Made by a program: the position numbers and the translations under genes | Notes under the pieces: model-generated | What the model was told of the DNA's origin: nothing | What the model saw: only the letters and a program-made list of their open reading frames with translations | The model's database searches: none | Assembly: GCA_965199955.1 (NCBI GenBank) | Contig: CBDATQ010000003.1 | Location: 113,594 to 177,593, forward strand | Reading direction: 5' to 3' | Source of the DNA: Spirochaetia bacterium | GTDB taxonomy: Bacteria > Spirochaetota > Spirochaetia > SZUA-6 > Bin103 | DNA length: 64,000 nucleotides | Shown here: positions 39,429 to 48,075 of the stretch, piece after piece | Layout: every line of letters starts with the position of its first letter | How positions within the stretch are numbered: the first letter of the stretch is position 1

Positions 39429-40433
39429 TCAGTCCGGGATCGCGCCCGTGGCGCGCAGCAGGGTTTCCTGCACTAGCAGCTCGTGCGACACCGGCCGGTC
39501 ACGCGGCTGCCTTCCCTCGATGGTCGCCAGGAACGCGTCGAGCTCCAGCTCGTAGGTCCTCTGCCGGCTCTCCCCGTCCACGCTCGCGACCTGCTCGCCC
39601 TGGCGGTAGCCGGCCCCGGCTTCCGCCAGGCAGAGCCGGACCTGCAGGCCGGGCTCGAAGGGCTCGACGATGATGGCGCTGCCCCGGCTGCCGTACACCT
39701 CGAAACGGCGCGCCGCCGGCTGCGTCTCCAGCGCGGCGATGTCGATGAAGGCAAGGGCGTTCTCGAACTCGAAGACCCCCAGCGTGTTGTCCTCGAACGC
39801 CGCCGCCGACCGCGCGTCGCTTCGCAGGAAGGACGTCACCTTCACCGGACGCCCCAGGATCCAGACGACCTGGTCCAGCATGTGCCCGCCCAGATCGAAG
39901 AAGATGCCGCCCCGGTGCGCGCCGGCGATCCGGGCGCGCCCGGCCTCGTCGATGTGCGTGGACATGTGGGCGCGCACGGCGAACACGTCGCCCAGCAGGC
40001 CTGACCTGGCCCATTCGGCGACCATTCTGAAGGAAGAGTGGTAGCGCAGCATGTAGCCCATCTGGATGAGCAGACCCTTCCGTTCGGCTGCCGCCACGAC
40101 CTGCTGCCACTGCGCCCAGTCGTCGCCGGCAGGCTTATCGTACCAGACGTGCTTGCCGGCGGCGACAATCTCCCCGGTCTGGTCGAGACTCTCCGCGTTG
40201 TGCCCCTCGGAGGCGATCGCCGCGATGCTTTCGTCCTCCAGCATCTCGCGCTTGTCGCCGTACCAGTGAACGCCCGCGAAGGCGCCGTCCGACCCTTCGA
40301 GCTCGGCGCGCCGCGCCGGGTCGGGTTCGAAGACCCCGGCGACCTCGACATCGCCGTTCGCCTGCATCGCCTGCAGCTTGCCGGACGCGTGCCCGTGCCT
40401 GGTTCCGTATTGCGCCATGCGAGTCTTCGCCAC
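39429..40433 (-). CDS. Gfo/Idh/MocA family oxidoreductase
   Basis: AAGKHVWYDKP, QMGYMLRY, GGHMLD, EVYGSRG. Confidence 0.92.
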   Translation of the reverse strand: MAKTRMAQYGTRHGHASGKLQAMQANGDVEVAGVFEPDPARRAELEGSDGAFAGVHWYGDKREMLEDESIAAIASEGHNAESLDQTGEIVAAGKHVWYDKPAGDDWAQWQQVVAAAERKGLLIQMGYMLRYHSSFRMVAEWARSGLLGDVFAVRAHMSTHIDEAGRARIAGAHRGGIFFDLGGHMLDQVVWILGRPVKVTSFLRSDARSAAAFEDNTLGVFEFENALAFIDIAALETQPAARRFEVYGSRGSAIIVEPFEPGLQVRLCLAEAGAGYRQGEQVASVDGESRQRTYELELDAFLATIEGRQPRDRPVSHELLVQETLLRATGAIPD

Positions 40434-40511
40434 CGTTTCCTCCTGTTCCGGCTGGTGTGCCGCGGCACGGTACCACGCCGGGTCCCCGATCGCGGAGATC
40501 TTGGTAGTGTC

Positions 40512-40673
40512 TCAGTTTGATTTGCGCTTCTTGTAGGTATTCGGCCGGCGCGGCTTCGGCGCGCGCGAGTCGATCAGCCCGACGATCCACTCGGCGTCCC
40601 TGAAGGTCGTCTCGATGCCCGCCGCCATCGCCGGCGTGACGCGCGTGGTCTTGTGCTGCCGGCAGAAGTTGTA
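40512..40673 (-). pseudogene. C-terminal part of the interrupted IS1-family transposase
   Basis: YNFCRQHKTTRVTPAMAAG...KKRKSN*; stop codon lies within the IR. Confidence 0.9.
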
Positions 40674-40677
40674 GTGA

Positions 40678-42385
40678 GTTCCTGTCCGGTAACTCGCAAC
40701 TCGTTTGAAGGGCTTGAGTTGAGGATCGAAAGGGGGCGGACAAAGAAACGGTGTTTCGGCTACCATCGTTGGTGAAGTCCTAAACGATAGCCGAAACACC
40801 GGAGGTCAGATGCGCTCCACACGCATCATCCAGCCCAGCGTATTCCAAGCGCCCGAAGTTGTCCATCCCGTCGCCGAAGAGCTGGAACGTGCTTCCGGAT
40901 GGCTCGATCAGCACGCGGAATTGCTCGAGGTGGTTGGCCGCTGTGTTGGCGGCTCGGTCGCCTGGGGTCGCCATGGCCTGACCTGCGAGACGATCCTGCG
41001 CTGCGCGGTGCTCAAACACCTGATGGGCTATTCGTACCGCGCGTTGGAGTTCGCCCTGCACGATTCGGCCACCATGCAGCGCTTCGCACGGGTCGATCCG
41101 TACGAGGTGCCGAAGAAGTCGGCGTTGCACGCCGGCATCAAGGCGATCGACGCCGAGGCCTGGAGAAGCATCGAGGGCGTGCTGCTGCAGGACGCCAAGT
41201 TGCGAGGTATCGAGTCGGGCACTCAGGTGCGCATCGACAGCACCGTCACCGACACGGACATCCTGGCACCGTCGGACAGCCGGCTGTTGTACGACGGCGT
41301 GCGGGTCCTGACGCGGTTGCTGCGCCAGGCGCGCGGGCGCTTGGCGGGGGTGTCGTTTCGCGACCACTGCCGCGCTGCCAAGCGGCGCGAGCAGGAGATC
41401 CGCTCGGGGCGCGGTGCGCGGCGGCCGGCGGCCACCTATCGGCGGCTGCTGAGGCTGGTGGCGCAGACGACCGGCTACGCGACGGCGGCGCGAGCGCGCG
41501 TGTGTTGCGTAACTGATCAGTGGGCCGGGAGTTGGTGGGCCGAGATGGGCGCCTGCCTGGAGCTGGTCGCGCGGGTGGTCGACCAGACGAAGCGACGCGT
41601 GTTCGACGGCGAAACGGTGCCAGCCAGTGAGAAGGTGGTGAGCCTGTTTGAGCCGCACACCGACATCATCGTCAAGGGTGGGCGTGCGACCGAGTACGGC
41701 CACAAGATCAACCTGAGCTCAGGGCGCAGCGGGCTGGTGCTCGATGTGGTGGTCGAGGCGGGCAACCCGGCCGACAGTACGCGCTGCCTGCCGATGCTGA
41801 GGCGGCATGCGGAGTTCTACGGCGAGCCGCCGAAGCGGGCGGCGTTCGATGGCGGATATGCGTCGCGGGAGAATCTGACGGAGGCCAAGAAGTTGGGCGT
41901 GGAGCACATGATGTTCCACAAGAAACGGGGCCTGGAGCAGACCGACATGACGCCGTCGGCATGGATCTACGGTCAGTTGAAGCGCTTTCGGGCCGGTGCG
42001 GAAGCAGGAATCTCGTATCTGAAGCGCTGTTTTGGCCTGGAACGCTGCAACTGGAGTGGCTGGGACCATTTTCAGGCGTACGTGCACTCGGCGGTGTTCG
42101 CCCACAACCTGATGCGGCTGGTCCGTTTACTGCCCACTTGAGGCAATCTGGCCGGAGTCGGTCGTCCTTCTTTGACAATTTCTCAGGTACATTGATGGGA
42201 CTCGTGCGAGCTCGATGTCTCGATACCCCAGAACATATCGCCGATGACCTCGAAACCGGCTCCTCAAGCGGTGTCAAAACCAAGCTCGTCTGCGTCTGAT
42301 TCCTGATTCCCAAAGGTCCTGTCCACCCTCGAGACGCTCTTCCCCTGACTCGCTCTCCCGAAACCGGGGATTGCCGGACAGGAAC
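40678..42385 (+). mobile_element. ISNCY/IS5-like insertion sequence (1708 bp) nested in the IS1 transposase
   Basis: IRs gttcctgtccggtaa and ttgccggacaggaac (14/15). TSD TAGTGA at 40672-40677 and 42386-42391 (alternatively 4-bp AGTG with 1-bp longer IRs). Confidence 0.92.
40810..42141 (+). CDS. ISNCY-family DDE transposase, intact
   Basis: RIDSTVT..I.APSDS.LL, SLFEPHTDIIVKG, YGHK, FDGGYAS, FRAGAEAGISYLKR; SD GGAGG. Confidence 0.92.
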   Translation: MRSTRIIQPSVFQAPEVVHPVAEELERASGWLDQHAELLEVVGRCVGGSVAWGRHGLTCETILRCAVLKHLMGYSYRALEFALHDSATMQRFARVDPYEVPKKSALHAGIKAIDAEAWRSIEGVLLQDAKLRGIESGTQVRIDSTVTDTDILAPSDSRLLYDGVRVLTRLLRQARGRLAGVSFRDHCRAAKRREQEIRSGRGARRPAATYRRLLRLVAQTTGYATAARARVCCVTDQWAGSWWAEMGACLELVARVVDQTKRRVFDGETVPASEKVVSLFEPHTDIIVKGGRATEYGHKINLSSGRSGLVLDVVVEAGNPADSTRCLPMLRRHAEFYGEPPKRAAFDGGYASRENLTEAKKLGVEHMMFHKKRGLEQTDMTPSAWIYGQLKRFRAGAEAGISYLKRCFGLERCNWSGWDHFQAYVHSAVFAHNLMRLVRLLPT

Positions 42386-43095
42386 TAGTGAAGGAAATAC
42401 AGCGAGAGCGACGCGCAGTGATTCTCCAGCTTCTTCGAGAACGCATTCGTCAACCGGGTGAACCGGCGGATGCTCATGCGGATCGTGAGGTTGTGCCGCT
42501 CCACGTGTGACGTGTTCGCCTTCCGCATGTCCGGCTGCCCGCGCCGTGCCACCTTATCGGTGCCGTTGCAGACGGCCGGGCTGTAGCGCCGCTCGTTGTC
42601 CGTGCCTGGCAGTTTGCCATAGGTCTTGATTATCTGCGCGAAGTCGGCTGTCGCTCCGAATGCTTCGTCGACCGCTTCCACGTAGGCGCGGAGGCCGTCC
42701 GTGCTGATCTGCGGCCGATCATCGACACGGGACCTCAGATCATCCATGAAATCGAGCGCCGTCTGCCCGTCGCGCGGACCCACAACGTAGCTCAGGATGA
42801 GCTTGCTGTCGGTGTCCAGCGCAGTGAACGTCCACACGTCGCCGGCCTCGGGTGGTGCCGCCTTCGCGGTTGGCGCGTTGCCCTCCTTGGCGTAGACGAA
42901 GCTCCAGATTTCGTCGCACTGCACGTGCCGGCGCCCCTTCACCCCACGCACGTGCTCTTGGTGGTAGGCATCGGCCGTCGCGCCAGCATCGCGCAGCAGC
43001 TTCGTCACGGTATTGATACTCACCCCGGTAAGGCGGGTAATCGCCCGCATCGACATGCCCTCGACCAGCATCCCGATGATCTGAACTCGTGTCAC
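42386..43095 (-). pseudogene. N-terminal part of the IS1-family transposase, interrupted by ISNCY
   Basis: [45 protein letters not shown]...[13 protein letters not shown]. Confidence 0.92.
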
Positions 43096-43098
43096 TGT

Positions 43099-44284
43099 TT
43101 ATGCAGCAAGGATGCCGTCGCGTTTCAGCTTGGCGATCAATTCTGCTTGGCTGCCGGTACCCTTCGTGCTGTTGCAGGCACCGCATAGAAGCTGGTAATT
43201 GCTGATGTGATCCGGCCCGCCCTTGGCCCTGGGTACGACGTGATCTACCTGCATGTTGCGGAACGGGAACATCTCCCGACAGCCGTTGCACCTCCCTTCC
43301 TGCTGGCCGTAGAGCACATGCTTGTCGTTCTGGTACTTCCTGATCTCATCTCGAAGGTCGGTGCGTCGCGGTACGTCGGTACGCGCGATCGCGTCCTGGG
43401 TAAACAGCGGCACTTCGCGGCGCAGGCGACGCTGCACCAACTTCACCGCTAACGAGCTGATGTCGATCCCCACCCACTGGCGGCTCAGCTTCTCTGCGGC
43501 CACCATGGCCGTAGCGCATCCGCAGAAAGGATCAAATACAACGTCATCTGGGTTGCTGCTCGCCTCTACTATTCGTTCAAGCAATGCAAGCGGTTTCTGT
43601 GTCGGATAGCGTGTCCGCTCCTTTGCCATGTTATTGATAGCTGGGATATTCCATACGTCAGTAGCGCCCTTCATCTGTCCCTTCATTCTCTGTGACGTTG
43701 CAGGAACAAGTGGCTTATTGAAAGTCCAATGTTTGCCGACCCGATAAAAGAGAATAACGTCATGCTTCTTGGAAAACAGCCGAGATGAAGAACCGCCCAG
43801 TCCATAGCTCCAGATAATCTCATTGCCGAATAGCGAGCATCCGAATATCGAATCAAGCAGCATCTTCAAGTAGTGTGACGCTGTAGGATTGCAGTGCAGA
43901 TAGAAAGAACCCGTCTCCTTGAGAATCCGGCGCATTTCAAGGAGTCTGATAGCCATCATGCAAAGGTATGACTGCATGCCTTTGCCATGCACCAAACCTG
44001 ATGCAGTGATGGTGCTGTGGGAGAGCTTGATGACGCTCTGCGATGATGCCGAGCCACGCCACGTCAATATCGCTCAAGGTCCAGGTATCTTTGAAGGCTG
44101 CGCCGGCTGCTTCACTGCCGATGGGAGCCGAGTAGTTGCTGTTGCTGTTAAATGGCGGGTCGGCATAGATCAAGTCCACCGATTCAGAGTTCATCCCCCG
44201 CATCACGTCGAGGTTGTCACCTGTGAAGACAGTACGGTTCGCCCAGTTGACTACACTGCCGGGCGTCCCCGCTTCATCCTTCAC
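43099..44284 (-). pseudogene. N6/N4 DNA methyltransferase (beta class) fused to a C-terminal HNH endonuclease; +1 frameshift near 44018-44021
   Basis: GDNL, DLIYADPPFNS, then after the frameshift YLHC.PTASHYLK, YPTQKP..LL, DPFCGCAT; HNH C..C, VDHVVPRAKGG.D...N.QLLC..CN..KG. Confidence 0.9.
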
Positions 44285-44496
44285 CGAGACCAGCGAGCGG
44301 CTGCGCCTTTCTTGGCGATTTCGCGTCGCTGTTCAGGGGCGAGCGACTCGGCGCGAGCCTTGCCGCCCTTCAGGCCGCCGTTGCGCTTGGCCTGGTCGAC
44401 GTACTCCTCTTCGATCTCGCCCGTGGCGATCTTGGCGACGTGGACGGCGTTGGCGATCGTCTCGCTGGGCCGCTTCTCTCCGTGTGGGCCTACCAT
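44281..44496 (-). CDS. Small basic protein with IATGE / GGLKGGKARA..L...R.EIA..AA.ARW motif
   Basis: 71 aa; SD GGAGG; GTGA overlap with the MTase start. Confidence 0.8.
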   Translation of the reverse strand: MVGPHGEKRPSETIANAVHVAKIATGEIEEEYVDQAKRNGGLKGGKARAESLAPEQRREIAKKGAAARWSR

Positions 44497-44552
44497 GGGT
44501 ACCCTCCACGAGCAAAAGTGTTCTGTGCGGACAGACTTGTCCATATACAACC

Positions 44553-44594
44553 TGTGGATAACCTGGCCCGTTCCGGTGGACTTCCTGTGGACAA
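44553..44594. promoter_or_regulatory. Two DnaA-box-like 9-mers inside the transposon end
   Basis: TGTGGATAA (44553-44561, perfect reverse complement of TTATCCACA) and TGTGGACAA (44586-44594), 33 bp apart. Confidence 0.5.
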
Positions 44595-44753
44595 CCCCGA
44601 TTTATTCAAACTGAGACACCACCGAGATCTTCCGAGGTCAGCCCGCGGTTGACGGATGCCACCACCAGCTTGAGTGCCGGCCGCAGCGGCTCGTCCGGCT
44701 CTTAGCGGACTTCCTGCTCGGCGGCGTGTTCCTGCTTCATGGAGGTCAACCGG

Positions 44754-45974
44754 TCACGGCGAGCGCCCGCGTGACGCCAGCGGCTGCAGCGTCAACCCTT
44801 GCACGGCGATCGAGAAGATCACCACCACGTAGGTCATCGTCAGAATCAGCTCGCGCTCGCCTCCGGCCGGCAGCGACAGCGCGAGCGCCACCGATATGCC
44901 GCCGCGCAGCCCGGCCCAGGTGGCCACCAGCCCTCCGGAACGCCGCATCAGCCGCATCGTCCCGCCGACGGCCAGCAGGCGCGAACCGGTCACCGCCGCG
45001 ATCGCCACGGCGCCGGCCGCCAGCCCCGCCGGGTTCAGGTCGATCACCAGCAGCTCCAGCCCGATCAGCACGAACAGCACGGCGTTGAGCACCTCGTCCA
45101 GCAGCTCCCAGAAGGAATCGAGGTGCTCGCGCGTCTTCGCGGACATGCCCAGGCGGCGGCCGCGGTTGCCGATGAACAGCCCCATCACGACCACGGCCAG
45201 CGGCCCGGACACGTGCAGCCGTCCCGCCAGCGCAAAGCCGCCGGCGACCAGCGCCAGCGTGATCAGCACCTCGACCTGGTAACTGTCGATGCTGCGCAGC
45301 GCCAGGTAGCCCAGCCAGCCCAGCACCAGCCCCAGCGCCGCGCCGCCCAGGGCCTCCTGAACCAGGAACAGCCCCAGCTCGCTGGCGTGGAGCTGCACGG
45401 ACCCCGCCGCCAGGCCGGCCAGGGTCGCGAACACCACCACCGCGAACCCGTCGTTGAACAGCGACTCGCCGGCGATCAGGGCGCGCAGCCCGGCGCCGAC
45501 CCCACTGCGGCGCAGGATGGCCAGCACCGCCACCGGGTCGGTGGGCGCCACGATCGCGCCGAACACCAGGCACCAGGAGAAGCCCAGCGGCAGCCCCAGC
45601 AGCCCGGCGCTCGCGTACGCCGCCAGCGCCACCAGCGCCGTGGAGACGATCACGCCCAGCGTCGCGAACAGCCCCACCTCCAGCCAATGGTCCAAGAGGT
45701 CTCCCAGGTCGACGTGCAGGGCGCCGGCGAACAACAGGAAGCTGAGCATGCCGCGCAGCAGGGTCTCCTCCAGGGCGGCGGCCGCCACCAGCTCGCGGGC
45801 GCGCTCGGCGATCGACAGCACGCCCGCCGACCCCAGGACCAGCACCACGACCGAGATCGCCAGCGCGATCAGCATCACGCCGATCGTGGTCGGCAGGCCG
45901 ATCAGCCGCTCGTTGAGGAAGGCGAGCAGCGCGGTGACCGCCAGCAGGGCGGCGACGGTGGCAAACAGCTCCAT
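44754..45974 (-). CDS. Sodium:proton antiporter (CPA1, NhaP-type)
   Basis: LLFAGALHV, PTDPVAV, GESLFNDG, TWAGLRGGISVALALSLP. Confidence 0.95.
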   Translation of the reverse strand: MELFATVAALLAVTALLAFLNERLIGLPTTIGVMLIALAISVVVLVLGSAGVLSIAERARELVAAAALEETLLRGMLSFLLFAGALHVDLGDLLDHWLEVGLFATLGVIVSTALVALAAYASAGLLGLPLGFSWCLVFGAIVAPTDPVAVLAILRRSGVGAGLRALIAGESLFNDGFAVVVFATLAGLAAGSVQLHASELGLFLVQEALGGAALGLVLGWLGYLALRSIDSYQVEVLITLALVAGGFALAGRLHVSGPLAVVVMGLFIGNRGRRLGMSAKTREHLDSFWELLDEVLNAVLFVLIGLELLVIDLNPAGLAAGAVAIAAVTGSRLLAVGGTMRLMRRSGGLVATWAGLRGGISVALALSLPAGGERELILTMTYVVVIFSIAVQGLTLQPLASRGRSP

Positions 45975-46121
45975 GGCCGGTCCGTCCGGATTATGCCGCG
46001 TCGGGCAGGACCGTTACGACGCCGATTCTCACGGCGGTTCCTCGCGCACGTACCTACCACAATTGGTAGGCACGTCTCTCCCGGGGGTTTCCGCCGCCGG
46101 CCGTCGTATGATCGGGCCGCC

Positions 46122-47276
46122 ATGAGCCAGTACCGGACTGCCATCATCGCGTGCGGGATGATCGCCCGCGCGCATGCCCGCGCCTGGCAGGGCGTTCCGG
46201 GCCGGCCGGCCGGCATCGGGGCCATCGCCGACAGCAACCCGGACGCCCTGCGGGAGTTCGGCGAGTTCTTCGGCGTGGCCGCCGGGCACCGCTACGCCGA
46301 CTACCGCGAGATGCTAGACGCCGAGCGCCCGGACTTCGTCGACGTCTGCTCCTGGCACGCCCAGCACGCGGAGATGGTGATCGCCGCCGCCGCCCGGCGG
46401 CCGAAGGCGATCATCTGCCAGAAGCCGATGGCCGTGGACCTGGGCGAGGCGGACCGCATGCTCACCGCCTGCGAGCGCAACGGCGTGAAGCTGGCGATCG
46501 CCTACCAGCGCCCCCACCACGCGGCTTGGCTGCGCGCGCGGGAGCTGATCCGCGCAGGTGCCATCGGCCAGGTCGCGCAGGTGACCGTGGAGTCGGGCGG
46601 CAACCTGCTCAACGTCAACTCGCACAACATCCGCCTGGCGCTGTTCCTGATGGACGAGCCGGCGGTCGAGTGGGTCCTCGGCGCCGTCGAGCGCACCACC
46701 GACCACGTGGAGCGCGGCCTGCCGGCCGAGGACGCCTGCCTGGGGATCGCCGGTTGCGACAACGGCGCGACCATCCTCATCCACGGCAACGACGTGCCGC
46801 AGACGCTGCGCGTGACCGGCACGGACGGCGTCATGGAGCTGGGCACCCGGATGCCCCCGGCGGCCGAGCTCCCCTCGGACGCGCCGATGTACATGCCGGA
46901 GGGACCGACCTCCCGCTACAACCGCGAGATCGGCACGGCGCGCTACCTGGGCGCGTCGACCGGCGGCTGGCAGACGGTCGAGGCGCCGTGGCACGACCCG
47001 TGGGCACACCAATGCCGGGAGACCATCGACTGGGTCGAGGGGCGGCTCGAGCGGCCGATCTCCGGCGGCGACCGCGGGCGCGCGGTGCAGGAGGTGATGA
47101 TGGCGCTGTTCGAGTCGGCGCGGAAGCGGCAGCGCATCCGCCTGCCGCTGAAGACGCGCGTCAATCCGCTCAGCCTGATGGCGGAGTCAGGCGAGCTGCC
47201 GGTCGAGTGGCCGGGCCGCCACGAACGCCGTTCCGGGATCGTGCGTGGCGAGGCGATGGCGTGGCCGGACCGTTGA
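46122..47276 (+). CDS. Gfo/Idh/MocA family oxidoreductase
   Basis: IIACGMIA..H, IICQKPMA, AYQR. Confidence 0.92.
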   Translation: MSQYRTAIIACGMIARAHARAWQGVPGRPAGIGAIADSNPDALREFGEFFGVAAGHRYADYREMLDAERPDFVDVCSWHAQHAEMVIAAAARRPKAIICQKPMAVDLGEADRMLTACERNGVKLAIAYQRPHHAAWLRARELIRAGAIGQVAQVTVESGGNLLNVNSHNIRLALFLMDEPAVEWVLGAVERTTDHVERGLPAEDACLGIAGCDNGATILIHGNDVPQTLRVTGTDGVMELGTRMPPAAELPSDAPMYMPEGPTSRYNREIGTARYLGASTGGWQTVEAPWHDPWAHQCRETIDWVEGRLERPISGGDRGRAVQEVMMALFESARKRQRIRLPLKTRVNPLSLMAESGELPVEWPGRHERRSGIVRGEAMAWPDR

Positions 47277-47347
47277 AGCGCCGGCACCGGAGGATCGACG
47301 CGCCCGGTCGTTAAAGCGTGGCGGCGCCGGCGCACGCTCATGACGGC

Positions 47348-48043
47348 ATGGAACAGCTTCTTTCGCTTCGCAGCCTCTGCGCCGTGCTGGCCGCCGCCGC
47401 GGTCGCCGCATCCCTGAGCGGATGCATGGACTTTCCGGACGCGACCTTGACGCAGAGCCCGCCGCGCTCCGAGAACACCGACGCCGCGTCGGACGGCAGC
47501 GGGCCGGACGCTCCTCGGCCGCCGGCATTGAAGCTGGTGATCAACGAAGTCGACTACGACCAGGCCGGCGCCGACGACGCCGAGTTCGTGGAGATCGTCA
47601 ACCCGAACCCGGCCGCCGTGGACCTGGCCGACTACCGGGTCGAGATGATCAACGGCTCCAACGGGCGCGCTTACGGGTCCTACGCGGCTGCCGGCCGCCT
47701 GGAATCCGGTGGCTACCTCGTGATCGGCGATCCGAAGGTCACCGCCTCCGTGCCCGCCGGCACCCTCACGGCGCGGCTCAAGAGCGGCGGCCTGCAGAAC
47801 GGTCCGGATGCCGTGCGCATCGTCGAGGCCGCCACCGGGCGCGTGCTGGACGCCCTCCACTACGAGGAAGCGATCCCGGACGCGGGCGAAGGCAGTCCGG
47901 CGCCGGAGGACGCCACCGGCTCACCGGCGTCGATCGGCAGATGTCCCGACGGCTTGGACAGCGACGACAACGGCACCGACTTCGCGACGATGACGCCGAC
48001 GCCGGGCGCGGCCAACGACTGCGCCGGCCTGGTCTCCGGCTGA
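47348..48043 (+). CDS. Lipoprotein with lamin tail domain
   Basis: Lipobox SLSGC; VINEVDYDQAG.D.AEFVEI.N, LQNGPD, GRCPDG.DSDDN..DF..TPTPGAAN. Confidence 0.85.
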   Translation: MEQLLSLRSLCAVLAAAAVAASLSGCMDFPDATLTQSPPRSENTDAASDGSGPDAPRPPALKLVINEVDYDQAGADDAEFVEIVNPNPAAVDLADYRVEMINGSNGRAYGSYAAAGRLESGGYLVIGDPKVTASVPAGTLTARLKSGGLQNGPDAVRIVEAATGRVLDALHYEEAIPDAGEGSPAPEDATGSPASIGRCPDGLDSDDNGTDFATMTPTPGAANDCAGLVSG

Positions 48044-48075
48044 AGCGACACGGACGCCGCTGCGGTATCTGGGGC

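Larger units (their letters stand above)
40503..44623 (-). mobile_element. IS1-family transposon with passenger genes (about 2.4 kb without the nested IS)
   Basis: IRs ggtagtgtctcagtttga (40503-40520) and tcaaactgagacaccacc (44606-44623) match 17/18. 8-bp TSD GAGATCTT at 40495-40502 and 44624-44631. Confidence 0.93.
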
